Shown here: positions 9,362 through 21,700 of the stretch, in pieces
Layout: each line of letters begins with the position of its first letter
How positions within the stretch are numbered: the stretch's first letter is position 1
NCBI GenBank assembly: GCA_026417895.1
Contig: JAOACJ010000016.1
Span: 20,015 to 84,014 of the forward strand
Direction of reading: 5' to 3'
Length of the DNA stretch: 64,000 bases
From: Patescibacteria group bacterium
Lineage (GTDB): Bacteria > Patescibacteriota > Patescibacteriia > UBA2591 > CALHIP01
Program-made: the position numbers and the translations under genes
Notes under the pieces: generated by a model
Told to the model about the DNA's origin: nothing
Databases searched by the model: none
The model's input: the letters and a program-made list of their open reading frames with translations, nothing else

Positions 9362-12300
9362 CTAGGTAACAAAGCGAGCTGCTTTTAATCTAGCCATATA
9401 TGCTTTCATGGCCTCAACTTGTTTTAAGACATCCTGAATAGTAGGCAAATAAGGGCTGATAAATTTATATGGTTGAGCCATCATTTGAGCGATTAAATTA
9501 TTAAAATCTTTTTGAAACTCTAAAGAAGCAGTAAGTTTAGAAATAACATCATCTCTCATTTCATTTGGACGTTCAAAAAATGACTTTTCGGCATTAACCA
9601 AGAAAGCAATATTCAAAGGATTAAGACCCCTCATATTGCCATACATATCTTCTGTAGCAAAAAGCCCAGGATGGGCCCGTTGATACATCATCCGCTGAGA
9701 CATATTTTTGACTTTACCTACTATCTCATTAATTGTTTCCTGGCTAAGAGTGATGTCGAAATTTCCTTTCTGATCAATGTACATTCTGAAAGGAGAAAAT
9801 TCTAATTTTCCTCTCACTGGATTAAGTCTTGAAATAGCATAACCCATATGAGGGGCTCCATGTTCTAAACTGATCATCCCAATCATATTAGCAATTTTCG
9901 CTGCCACACCCTCATCTTTAGCTGCCATTAAAGAGATATTTTTCACCATTTCTCGTATAAAAACAGGGTTCACCTCTCCTTTAGTTTTAGCTGTTCTGAT
10001 TAACTCTTCAATTTTTTCAGGCGTTATGGTGACTGGTTCAGTTTTCCCTGTTTTTTCATTAAAAACTTCGACTGTTTTCCCTAAATAATCTTGAGCCAAA
10101 AATTTCTTTAAATAAGGGGTAAATTTTTCTACCCAATCTCCTTTGAAAAGCTCATTTAAGTCATTGTTTTCCGCTAAAATCATAAGAGCAGCATTGGCTC
10201 GCGGCATATCGTTTCCTTTTAAAGCTGATTCAAGTTCATTTAAAGTAGCGTGGGTTTCTCCTAAAGTTTTGTTCTGTAATTCTTCTTTCTCTTCTAAAAC
10301 TCTTCTCATTATTTCATTACCTTTAAAATCGGTTTGGTCTTTTCCCCAAGAAACCCACAAATTCATCAAGTCATGCAATTTACCCAATCGATCTGCTTCT
10401 CTTTTTCTGGTTCGACGAGCATTAAAATTCTGGATATCTTTTAGAAGAGCATCAAGGTCAAAAATAGGAATGTCAGGTGTTGCTTCTAAAGTAGCCGCAA
10501 CATAACTTAATGGCAAGGTTATTTTTTCTGCTGCCCATTTGAATGCATCTTTACCAATCTGTTTTAAGACCTCTTCAGTTGTCATAGCTTTGGGTGGAAT
10601 CAATTCAATTTGAGTTAAAAGTTTTGTCTTAAGACTTGCCCCTTCTTGCTCACTGAGTTTATTTTCTTTCATTAATTGTTCAAGAATGCTTCCTATTTGT
10701 TCTTTGACCTTTCGTCTATCCGTTAAAGAAATCTGACCAACTTTTAAATGAGGATCGATAATATTTTCAATTTGTTCAAAACTCTGACTTATTGCAGTTA
10801 AATTTGGATCTGCCTGATGAGCTTTTTTGATCTGATCAAGTTCATATTTAACTCCACCTCTTACGCCCCCACTAAAACGCGCGAGTTCTGCTTTAGAAAG
10901 AGGAGTAAAAATGGGAATATGTTTGGATAGTAAAATTTCTATTTGTTCTTTTTCTTGATCGGTAAACGATTTCTTCTGAGGAAGTTTCTCGGCGCCCGGC
11001 AATCTTCGTTGCGACATTTTACCTAAAAACTGATCAATAAGATCTTGAACTTCTTTTTGCGGTGCCCCACCTGCCCTCATAATTTCTTCTATTCTCCTTT
11101 TTATACCACTCTGATTAAATGCCCCTAGTTGGGCGTTGATTTCTTTTTCACTTAATCCTTTTCTAGTAAGCATACTTCTCAAAGCGCCAACTATCTCATT
11201 TATTTTTTCGACTACTTGTTCATTTTTCAAACCTTCGATGGTTTTGATATCTTTATCTATATTATCCTTTAATTTTTCTTTTTGTGTCGTCTCTAAATTA
11301 CTGCTCTCAACAATCTTTTTTATCTGATTTTTTTCATCTGTCGTCCATCCGCCGTTTGTTCCTAATCTACTCTTTAAATTTTCTATCGATTGCCAGTCTT
11401 GCTCAGAAACCGCTCCTTTTAATAAATCCATTCCTTCGGTAACGGTCAAATCCTTTTCACCTTTCAGCTTAGCAAACTTAGCGGCCGTTTTTTTAACAAA
11501 AGCTGGAATTGGAGTTACCGACGCTTTCTCTGCCCATCCTTTCCATACATCAGCCACCCCTTTTCCTCCTTTTGTCAATAATGCTAAGGGGGTTTTAACA
11601 ATAGCAGCGGCTAAATCAGTTGTAACTGGTCTAAAGGCTCTCATCGTTCTATCTTTTAACCCTTCTAACCTCCTGGCTGTCCATTTTGCTGCTTTTGTCG
11701 CACTTTTCTGTAAAAAGCTAATTCCTTTACCGGCTAAACTGGCCCCGGCCACACCGAGCTGTTGGGCGGCAACAAGGGCACCAATTAGCATGCCAATACC
11801 TAAAGCAAAACTGGCTAAAACATTAGATTGTCCAGAAACAGTTGGGCCAACATTGACTTTTCCTGGCTGTAAACCCATTCCTGTCGTGGGGTTTAAATTG
11901 CCTTGTTGCACAGCATAAAAGGCAAACCACAAAAAGAAAGCGAGAACCGGACCGACAATGACCTGATTAAAAAATTTATCCTGCCATTGTTTAGCGTATT
12001 TTTGACCACCAGGAATAACAAAACAAATAAAAGCTAAAGGAGAAAGAACAATCATAATCCAGAGGGCTATGATTCTCATAATTAAAAGAGCTAGAATAAT
12101 AAAGGTGACAACGAGAGCAACAAACATCATAATACAAGCTAAAATCCATGCCCAAACTTTGTTCCAATCGTTAACTGTTACCGTAATCTCTTCACCTAAA
12201 TCACCGAAAGTTTTCAGACCAAGAATTTCAGATAGGTTTCCGGACGCTATATCTTTAAAAGCATTAACAAAAGAAAGCATGATCACCTGGGCAAAATCAA

Positions 12301-12703
12301 TAACCAAACCGCAAATCATTTTGGAAAAATTGACTAAAACGGCCATGAGCAAAACCGGAGCGAGAAGGGTTTTATAAGAATACTTTTCAATTTTCAAAAC
12401 CGTAGCAAAGGCAATAACTAAGAGCATCAAGATAAAAAACATATTGGCCAAATCACGAAGAATCTCCCAGCCTTTATTAACGGCACTTGTTCTAAGAAAA
12501 TTATTGTATTGGGCAATGCCGGTAATCCAATCAATAGTCCAGGTAACAAAAATACCCAAAAATCTAGCAATTGTCTCAAAAATTTTTGAAATGGCATCTT
12601 CAATAAAGCCAGCGAAGGTCGGTTGAACAATTAAAAAAATCCCTGTCAAAACAAAAATCAGACAGCCAAAAGTCAGCCAATTTTTTTTCTTTTTTAAATT
12701 CAT
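9362..12703 (-). CDS. VirB6/TrbL-like polytopic membrane protein with ~780-aa C-terminal extension
   Basis: Signal peptide; GWEILRDLANMFFIL, LVNFSKMICGLVID, RIIALWIMIVLSPLAFICFVIP...W..KF VirB6-like TM core; charged helical tail. Confidence 0.75.
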   Translation of the reverse strand: MNLKKKKNWLTFGCLIFVLTGIFLIVQPTFAGFIEDAISKIFETIARFLGIFVTWTIDWITGIAQYNNFLRTSAVNKGWEILRDLANMFFILMLLVIAFATVLKIEKYSYKTLLAPVLLMAVLVNFSKMICGLVIDFAQVIMLSFVNAFKDIASGNLSEILGLKTFGDLGEEITVTVNDWNKVWAWILACIMMFVALVVTFIILALLIMRIIALWIMIVLSPLAFICFVIPGGQKYAKQWQDKFFNQVIVGPVLAFFLWFAFYAVQQGNLNPTTGMGLQPGKVNVGPTVSGQSNVLASFALGIGMLIGALVAAQQLGVAGASLAGKGISFLQKSATKAAKWTARRLEGLKDRTMRAFRPVTTDLAAAIVKTPLALLTKGGKGVADVWKGWAEKASVTPIPAFVKKTAAKFAKLKGEKDLTVTEGMDLLKGAVSEQDWQSIENLKSRLGTNGGWTTDEKNQIKKIVESSNLETTQKEKLKDNIDKDIKTIEGLKNEQVVEKINEIVGALRSMLTRKGLSEKEINAQLGAFNQSGIKRRIEEIMRAGGAPQKEVQDLIDQFLGKMSQRRLPGAEKLPQKKSFTDQEKEQIEILLSKHIPIFTPLSKAELARFSGGVRGGVKYELDQIKKAHQADPNLTAISQSFEQIENIIDPHLKVGQISLTDRRKVKEQIGSILEQLMKENKLSEQEGASLKTKLLTQIELIPPKAMTTEEVLKQIGKDAFKWAAEKITLPLSYVAATLEATPDIPIFDLDALLKDIQNFNARRTRKREADRLGKLHDLMNLWVSWGKDQTDFKGNEIMRRVLEEKEELQNKTLGETHATLNELESALKGNDMPRANAALMILAENNDLNELFKGDWVEKFTPYLKKFLAQDYLGKTVEVFNEKTGKTEPVTITPEKIEELIRTAKTKGEVNPVFIREMVKNISLMAAKDEGVAAKIANMIGMISLEHGAPHMGYAISRLNPVRGKLEFSPFRMYIDQKGNFDITLSQETINEIVGKVKNMSQRMMYQRAHPGLFATEDMYGNMRGLNPLNIAFLVNAEKSFFERPNEMRDDVISKLTASLEFQKDFNNLIAQMMAQPYKFISPYLPTIQDVLKQVEAMKAYMARLKAARFVT

Positions 12704-12740
12704 TTGTTTTTTATCTATTTTTTTATCTTTTATCTATGTT

Positions 12741-15700
12741 TTATGGATTAAGAATAATCTGCCCGTCGTAGGGAACGCCGAAATTCGCTGGCGTAGACGT
12801 CCCTGGATTGCCGTCTGGATCAAGACAAGAGAAATCACCAGCATATGGTGTTGTTGGTGTTGAAGCTGAATGGGCACACCAACCCCAATTATCCTTAACA
12901 TAGACCTTAGGTTGATAGGAACAACCATTCGGATTAGTACAGAGATAGGTATGAACAAATTCCCAATATTGATTTAAACAAGCATCTGGATCATCACCAA
13001 AAGAAAGAGGTAATCCATCTGTACCTTTTTTGCAAACTGGTTTTCTGTTTTTAGTAATCATATTTGAAGAACCGCTTCGAAAACCATCGCCCCAGTCAAC
13101 GACAACTTCGCGTACCGGCATATAAGCTCCGTCTGCCCAGGCATAAAATCTTAAAGTGGCGGTATAAGTTTTACCGGAAATTAAGATGTTGCCACTCTCT
13201 TGATTACCAATAGTAATTTTGCCAACAGTTCCGCCGGCCGGGACGCCGGTACTAAAATTAACTGATTGGATTTGTGGCGACCTATCAGTAGGATGGAGGG
13301 AAGTATCGCTTCTTGAATCCCAATTATTCGCTATATTACCCGGAAGATAACTCAAGGTATTAACATCAAGATAAGACCAGGCATATGATTTAGGGAACAG
13401 TTTTTTTATGACAGCATCAGAGTCGTAAATCCCACCACTATAAAGATGACAAACTTCACCTTTGGAATCAATAATGTATTTTTTAGGCATTGTCCCTTGA
13501 AAACCGGTGGCGCCCCTCGGCAGACATTCATAACTGTAATCTAAAATGTCAGTCAGATTTCCATAAGGCACGTCTGTCCCTGGTTTCAGTTTGACTAAGT
13601 TGGTATTAACAACCGTTGGTAAATAAGGTTTATCATTAATTTTAACTAATTTGTTCGCCGCTTCTTTTAAAATAATTCTTATGCCGGTCAAGGCAGCAGC
13701 CCCATGACCAGCATCATCATCATTAAATTCAACTTTAAAACCTTTTAATTCCCCTTCTTTCTGATCAAAAATGGTTTGGACAAATAATCTTGCTTCACCA
13801 TTTCCTTTGCCGGTAACTTCTTTTTCATATTTCTTTTCTTTAGTCGCCGGATCTTCATAAGGAAGGATAATTGTCCCTTGGTAGTCTGCACCAAACTTAC
13901 AATCCCCAGGATTACTTTTATCTATCTTCCAATCAATTTCTATCCGATCAATCATATATTCATAAATTTTGCGATCTAAATAATAAAAATTATTTCCACT
14001 TTTGGCAAAATAAGAGGAGGAATAAAGATAAATAGCTTGAGATGGGCTACCTTTCCGTTGATCACCGCGGAAACAAGAAGCCATTTCTTTATCTGTTCCA
14101 TCACATGCCCATTGTCTGGTAACACTTCCGTCCCTTTTTAATTCCTCACTGGAAAAGCCTAAATAATCTTGACAACAACCCCGACTATTATTATTTGAAT
14201 CTTTTCTCCAACAAGACGCTCCTTCTGCCACATTAATCTCAGAGGCCGGTGCGAGATAAGCCTTAATTGGCAAATTAGCCCCACTTTTTAAGTGTAAATT
14301 AATTGTATAAATAATTGCCCCCCCCCACCCAGAGCCGTCTTCGTTAAATTCAAGATGAAAATTTCTTAAATAATTTTCCTGATCAAATTCAGCCTGAATA
14401 AAAAGACAGGATTTATTTTTATCCGGACATTCGTCGGCAAGACATGCCCCCCCCACTGGACAGGTTCCATTACTCTTGCAAACATAACCACTAGAATTTT
14501 GATGCGTAGCGTGTAAATAAGCTGCTCTTTTAAAATTATTTGGCCCAAGTTCTAAATCAAACGGTCCACAGCATTTATTACTACTACTGCAATCCACTGT
14601 GTTTAAATCCGAACAGGTAGTATTTTCCCAGCGAAACTTAGCCTTGACAATAATTTTTTGAATCTCTTCTCTTTTAATTTTTCTTTCTAAATAAGGAATG
14701 TACTTAGCTTGAAGAATGGTTCCTTCTCCGCCCTCCGCCAAAAAACAATAACCTAGATCTGTTTCTCCATAATTGGTGTACTCGGAACATTTATTACCAT
14801 AATCACCCCCTAAATATAAAGGTTGAATCAAACGATCAGCAAAACAGCCCCAATTTCCACCCAATCTTTGACCCGGAAAACTAGAAGTCAGATTAAAACC
14901 GAGAGGGAAAAAAGTTGGTGCAAAACCGGAAATCTCAGCCGGACGGGTATATCTTTCATAGCCATACCATCTTCGATCCGAAGATGGAAAATAACCAGCA
15001 CTGCGGACTTGGTTATAAGAATCTAAACCAGTTTCGACTTCACCGGGAAACCAGGTTAAACAAGCCTGTATTTCTTTTGGTTTTTCTAAATCCGGCTCTA
15101 AGCAATAGCCAGCTAAACCAATGTAATCAGTAATTTTTTTCATTGGCTCACATTTACCCTGATTATTTTTTCTTCCCTCATCAGTCCGTGTACAATCCTC
15201 ACGAAAAGCAACGGCCATCCCATTCGGACAAGGAGGTGAACAACATTTACCTAAATCTTGAGGATTTTCCGCCTGGGTACAAACTTTAATTGATTCAACG
15301 TCCGTTTCTAAATTAAAATAATAGGTTGGCTCGCCTAAAACTGATTCTGCTTTTCGGTACGAACAAAGACAATTATTTCCCCCTCTTTCGGTACATAAAT
15401 TTAGACCGCGATAAGTTCCTTCTACTTCGCGAGAAAAAGGAGAGGTATTTTCTGGATAAAGTTTGCAGGTTGGGGAGACAACACATTTACTCTGATAACA
15501 AACTTGTCCTTTTGGACAATCTTCATTCCGAGTACAAGTTCTATTACCAACGCCGTAATCAGTGGTTCCGCTCAGATAACTTAAAGCATAACCATTCGGA
15601 TAATTTTTGGGTCTTAACATCTCCACCGGATAAAAATTGTAAAGAGAATAGCCGGAATAATCCATACCCGTCCAACCGAAATCGCGATTTTTGTATTTTT

Positions 15701-18700
15701 GTTCAGTCAAAACTTCTGGTGTCTCTGTCGAAACTAAGGTACATTGAGCACCGCTACCTTCACCAGTTTGTTTTTGACATCTTAAGAAATAGTCACAAAT
15801 TTCTAAAAATCGTTGTTGATTCTCCTGCCAAACATATCTTTTTCCTGCACAATAAAGCCATTCACCGCAAACACGATCGCGACGGACTTTAAGAATTAAA
15901 TTAGTGTCATTAGTATTTTGGCCTAAAGCATAACAGTAACGGCAATAATCGGTATTGGCAAAATTAGAATTTGTACAATTATCATCAGAATTAACAGGAT
16001 TTCCTTGTCCATCTACTGGCCAAGGTTTTTTCGTACAATCAATTGGCGAAACAAGTCGGTGCTGATTAGCCTCACTTTTAGCATAAGTGGCAATAGAATT
16101 ATAAATGGCACTTGGATCATTTTGGGCTTTAAATAAAACACAGCCTTCTTTTAAAGAAACCTGGCCACGACAAGAAGCTTTATCTAATTGATTGTTGTCT
16201 AAATAGTAATAAGGATCTAAAGGTTTAAATTCAATATCATCAAAATAAACTTCGCCAAAAGCCTCACAACATCTCCAAGGACAATTGGGACAATTTTGGA
16301 TGGTGGTACAATCGCCAGCGTTTGTCTTAGAACAGCCACCATGCCAATAAGCCGGAGCTAGAAGGGGAATAATTTTAATTTCTTCAATGGCTAAATTTTT
16401 CGGATTTAAAGGACCTCCCGCCACGACTCTTAAAGACCTTTTTTGCCAACTAGTAATGGTCGTTGAAGCATCAATGCTAGCCCCGATTTCATAACCATGT
16501 TCATAATTCCAAGGCCAATGGTTTAGATTGTCACCCCAGGGGTTTCCGCCATTTTTAATCAAAAAAGCAATACATTCTTTAAGATTGCCACGGTTAAATT
16601 TACATTTGGGCTGACCGGAAATATTACATTGATTATTACTCCAATTTCCGCCAACCCAACTACAGCACGATTGAGAAGAACCACAATGATTTTTATATTC
16701 TTGCCAATCTTGACACTCTTCGGTTTGACAACCATTTAATTGAGTTACACCTCGCCAGCCTTCGTATTTTAAATTCACATGCCCAGATGGATAAGAAAGG
16801 TGAGAGGTAGAAACAACCTTGACTTTAAAATTCAAAACAAAACTTTTTTGATTTTTATGAGGTATTTCAACAATCTGAGAGGCGGCGTATATTTTTCGCG
16901 TGTCTGCACCCACAGTATGTGGCGTATCGTTAGCTATTTTAAGTGATTTACTGGCGCCGTCCCAACTCACAGTAGATGAATTGCCGCTGTAGCCGTAAGA
17001 CCAATTTGGGGCTGGCCCCTGACCACTACTTCCACTACCAATTTCAAAATCACCATTCTGGACATAATTAGTCACGCCGGCCGTTCTTAGTGGTTCAATA
17101 TATTCTGTACAACCAGCAAATCTTTCTTCACATTCACCAACCAAGCCTTGATAGCCGCTTTCCTCGGAAAATTTAATGCCATAAGTCACCCCATCCGGTA
17201 AATAATTCGTATAGCAAGGCTGATCAGTGCCTTTCTTAAACCAGCCGGTTCTGTATTCACTGCCAATCGGCACTTTTTCTCGCCAAACACAAATTTTTTC
17301 ACCAGGATCTTTGAAATAAACTTTGCCCGCCGCGGCTTGTTCAAACTCTTCACAGTTTTGCTGATGATAACGACAGAGAATTGGTCGACGGGTATATAAA
17401 TCAGGGTTATTTTTTAAATAAAAATCTGTCCAGGAAATTGGCTCACCTTGAGAAAGGTTGGGTAAACCAAATTTCTGACAACCTTTATCGCCAGCCGGAC
17501 AGGCTTTGGTCTGATCAACAACTAAATAGGTTAATTGATCAGCTGGGACTAAAACATTATCTTTTGGCTCGTCGGGATCAGTCAAGTTAAATGTTTCTGA
17601 AAATGGTGAGGTGGAGTTTTTTGTCTCAATTAAAGCTTCGCAGCCAATTTTGATTTCCGGACAGAGTTTAGAAAATGATCTAAAGAAATGAGATTGATTG
17701 GCTCGGTCTCTGTATTCAGCACAACCTAAATGATAGCCAGGCGCAGAAGCGCCAGTTAAATCCTGATCACAAACAGTTGGTGTTTGCCAAGAATTTTTAA
17801 TAGCAAAGATATTTTGTCGGACTTCTTTTAAGGTGATGTTGTCGAGATAGAAGGGAGAAGAAGATAATATTACTAATCTTTCATCATTAGCAACCTCTCG
17901 CTGGAAATAAACTGGTCCGACAGTGAATGAATACCACTCACCAGTAGTCAAAGCAGGCAGAGAAGGGAAGTCTATGTTATTGTCATTGCCTCTAAATCGT
18001 ATGGTAAGAGTGGTGGAATTATTACTGGCTCTTTTTACCCAGAAGGAAAGTAAATACGACCTTCCTTTTTGGACTAAATCCTGAACTGGCCTAGAGACAG
18101 AATTATTATTGTTGGCAACTCTCATTGACCGACCGCCAAAATAGATTGATTCCGAAGAAAGTTCACCGTCGATCCAGGGTTCAACGGTTAAACTTTCAAA
18201 ATCATCTTCAAAAAGAATTCTTAGATTATTAGCCGCATTGCCTTGATACTCACGACAACCAACATTTACCGAAGAACATCTTTCTCCTTCTGCTGGAATA
18301 GCCATATAGGTACAGATTCCATTATTAAATTCAACTCCGTTTAAAGCAAGACCACCTTGAGTGCTCGTCGGGCAATAACCGCTGATCACGGTTGTCGTCT
18401 TTCTTAGGGGCACACAAGTCTCGGAACAGGTAATAGTATTTTTATAGAGTTTATAAGAAACATGGCCATTAGCATCATAAAATTCTTTACAATGAGGATT
18501 GGTCCGAGCATCTTGAGAATTTTGACACCTGCCCCAAAGGGCTTGAGCATTGTTAGAAGACAACATTTCGTCTGGCTCAAAACCATTAGTTGTTGTCTTG
18601 GCTAAAAGATAATATCTTTTTAATTGATAACCTGTCGTCTCTGAACCAATCCAGGTATAGAAGTATTGACACTCAGCTCTTGGTTTTTGACAGGGTCTGA

Positions 18701-21700
18701 GATAAGAATAGTATTCTCTTCCTTCACCACCGCGATTGACGACATCTAAATTTGTAAATTCTTCACAACCAACTTCGGAGGCCGGACAGATTCGAACCGT
18801 CCGTGGAATAAAATAAGCATCTTCTTCACTATAAAAATGCGTTGGTTTTTGTTTAAAGACTTCATAGCCAACACACTCTCTTGGACAACGATCAGTATCT
18901 CTCGCCACGGCTGGCAGATAGGGCCCACCTAAAACTGGTGTATATTTTTCACAACCAACTTCATCTTGTTGACAAGCTAAAGCATAATCAGCACAGGCAT
19001 GATCATCGTCATTGGTAATTAAATTTCCATTGTTATCGCGGTTGTAACATTTCATCCAATCTGGCGCCTTTTTTAAATAAATTTTATTCGTGCTGGCATA
19101 AGATTTATAAGATGAGAGTGAGCCAACTTCTAATTGTAAATCATCAAGATAAATGCCTGTTCCATTAACAGCAATTTCTAAATCAATAATTTTTTTATTA
19201 TTTGGAGCGATAAAATCTGTTGAAACCCTTTGCCAAGGTGTATTTTTAGAAATAGGAATAATTTTTGTAACGCTATTGTTAATCTTGACTTGAATTTCTC
19301 GATCATTACTTTGATCTTTATTTTTCACCCAGAAAGAAAGGGTATATTTTGTCCCTGGTAAAAGAGAAATATCAACGTTGTCAGTGGAAGCCAACTCTAC
19401 TTTACCGCTACCAGTAAATTTAGCCGAAACTTTACCGGATTTAGCTTCGGCTTCATCAACAAGAAATTGACCACTGGTTATTTGCCAACCCTTCACTAAA
19501 ATAGTCGGGGTCGTAGTCGTACTTGTTTCAGAATAATCTTCAAAGCTCGAATTGGGTAATAAATTGGTGCCTAAATTTTCTTTGGTCCGGATAAATTCGG
19601 AACAACCCTCAGAAGTAGCCGGGCAGGTTTCAACAAATTTATTAAAGAAGATGGTGTTAAAGGGATCAGACACAGAACGGGGACTACCAACTGATCCGTT
19701 TGGCTGGATATTTAAAGATTGGTTCGGTTCAGTACAAATCCAACCACCTGCCCCTTCGGCAAAGTCTTTATTCCATCTCTGACAATACCACTGACAACCA
19801 ACCGAGTTCGCATCGCAGTCACCAAAATCTAAAGTATTTTTTAACCAGGCAAATCTTTGATTATCTTTAGTTCGGGTATAAAGTTGACAAGTATTATAAT
19901 AAGCCGGACATTGAGTGCCGGCCAAGCGCCAAATATTTTTTTCGCGGGTACAATAGCCGTAAGTATGACAGGTGCCATCTTCATTTTCGCCAACACAATC
20001 CTTCATCTCTATACAAGTCTCTTGGCGTTCATTAGAAGCAGGCAAGGGAATAGCCGAATAAGCCATTAAATTACATTGCATTGAGGGTAATTTCAAAACC
20101 CAATTCGGATCAACTAAATGACAGAAAGGTGAAGCCGAAACAAGACATTGTCCATCTTTTTTACAACAGTTAGCACTTGAGTCCCAACTACCTATACTTC
20201 CTTCACATTTTTTTTCTGTCGTATTTGACTTCGGGTCCCCTTGGACATAAATTGTACAATCGCCATCAGAACTAACTTTGTCAAAACCTTCAACAATTTG
20301 AGCCAAAGTAAACTTGGCATCGCCAAAATCACCCCGGCTAATTTTCTCAGCAGCAATTTCTAAGCCTAAAGGAATAACTCGTGCCCGACGAAGTTTTTTT
20401 AGGTTGGTTAAAGAATAACGAGAGGAAAAATCACGCGCCCCATCAGTCAGACCATAACTACCGACATACCAGTTACCATGTAAATAATTTTTCTCAATTG
20501 CTTCTTTAATAGTTAAATTTTCTTCAATAGCCCGGGCAAAACCGCCGTCAATGACGCAATTATAAGGCAAAGCATATTTTGTTTCCGTTGGACAAGCTGC
20601 AAATTCCTCTAAAAGATTTATCTCACCAGATGGTTTTTTAAAGCTTACAGTTTTTAAATCAGCATAAATGGCCTCAATTTTTTCTTGGGTAGGAGAAGCC
20701 GGAATCCCACCCTCCCAACTTGTTCGACCACTTGGACTAGCTTCAGGATTAAGACCTTCTTTTTGAAATAACCTTTCAAGAAATTTAGAAAAAAATGTCT
20801 GAATAAATGTATTTGCCACATCAGCAACCAAAACACCAGTGTAAACTTTAAGTGACGCTTTCCCTTCAGCAATCATCTGTCGAGCTCTTTCTTCGGTTAA
20901 ACCAGCTGGTAAAAGCGCTTTACCAGAAATTTTAGAGGTAACTGACTGAAATTGGCCCTGAAGAGATTGGAAAAATTTATCCGCACCAACTTTTTCAGCC
21001 GCCTTACTTAAAATACCTGATTTGAGACTCATGGCCACGCCAAGATCACTTCCTTCCGGCGTGAAGGTTTTTTGAATATCTTCTAAAATGTTCAAGTCTG
21101 GTGAGGGAGTTCCTTTTTCCACTGCTTCTCTTGCCTCATCAACCATTTTTTCTAAAGTGGTTGCCCATTCAGAGAGTTGAGAGGCATAATTTTGTGCCCT
21201 TTTAATTGCTTCAAAACAATAGCTATAATTATTTTGACATTGAGTAGCATTATTAATACCTGGACAAGCACCGTTATAGCAATTAGGGTTTTGACAAAAT
21301 TCTTCTTGTGATTTATTAAGACAACGAACCGGTGCCTCAATTGGTCTGTATCCATCACTGGTCCATTTTCTTCCCAACCACCAGTTGAGACTTGTCTGAA
21401 AAGTTGGTGGTCCTTGAGTAATGGCTTTCAACCTTTCTTTTATAGTGGAGAGACTATTAAGTACACCGGAAATATTCGGCGGACCTATCTTTTTTGATTC
21501 TTGTAGATACTTATCCCACTCAGTTAAAAAGAGCTGCTGATGTCCAGAAAGTTGATCCGCAATATTGATTAAATTACTTTTGTTAACATCGTAAAGTTTC
21601 GTATCAATCCTAATCGCATTTTTAATCTTAACCTGAACTTGGGGCGGCTGACCTGGAACATATTCGACATTCACATAACCTTTCAATCCTTCTTTATACT

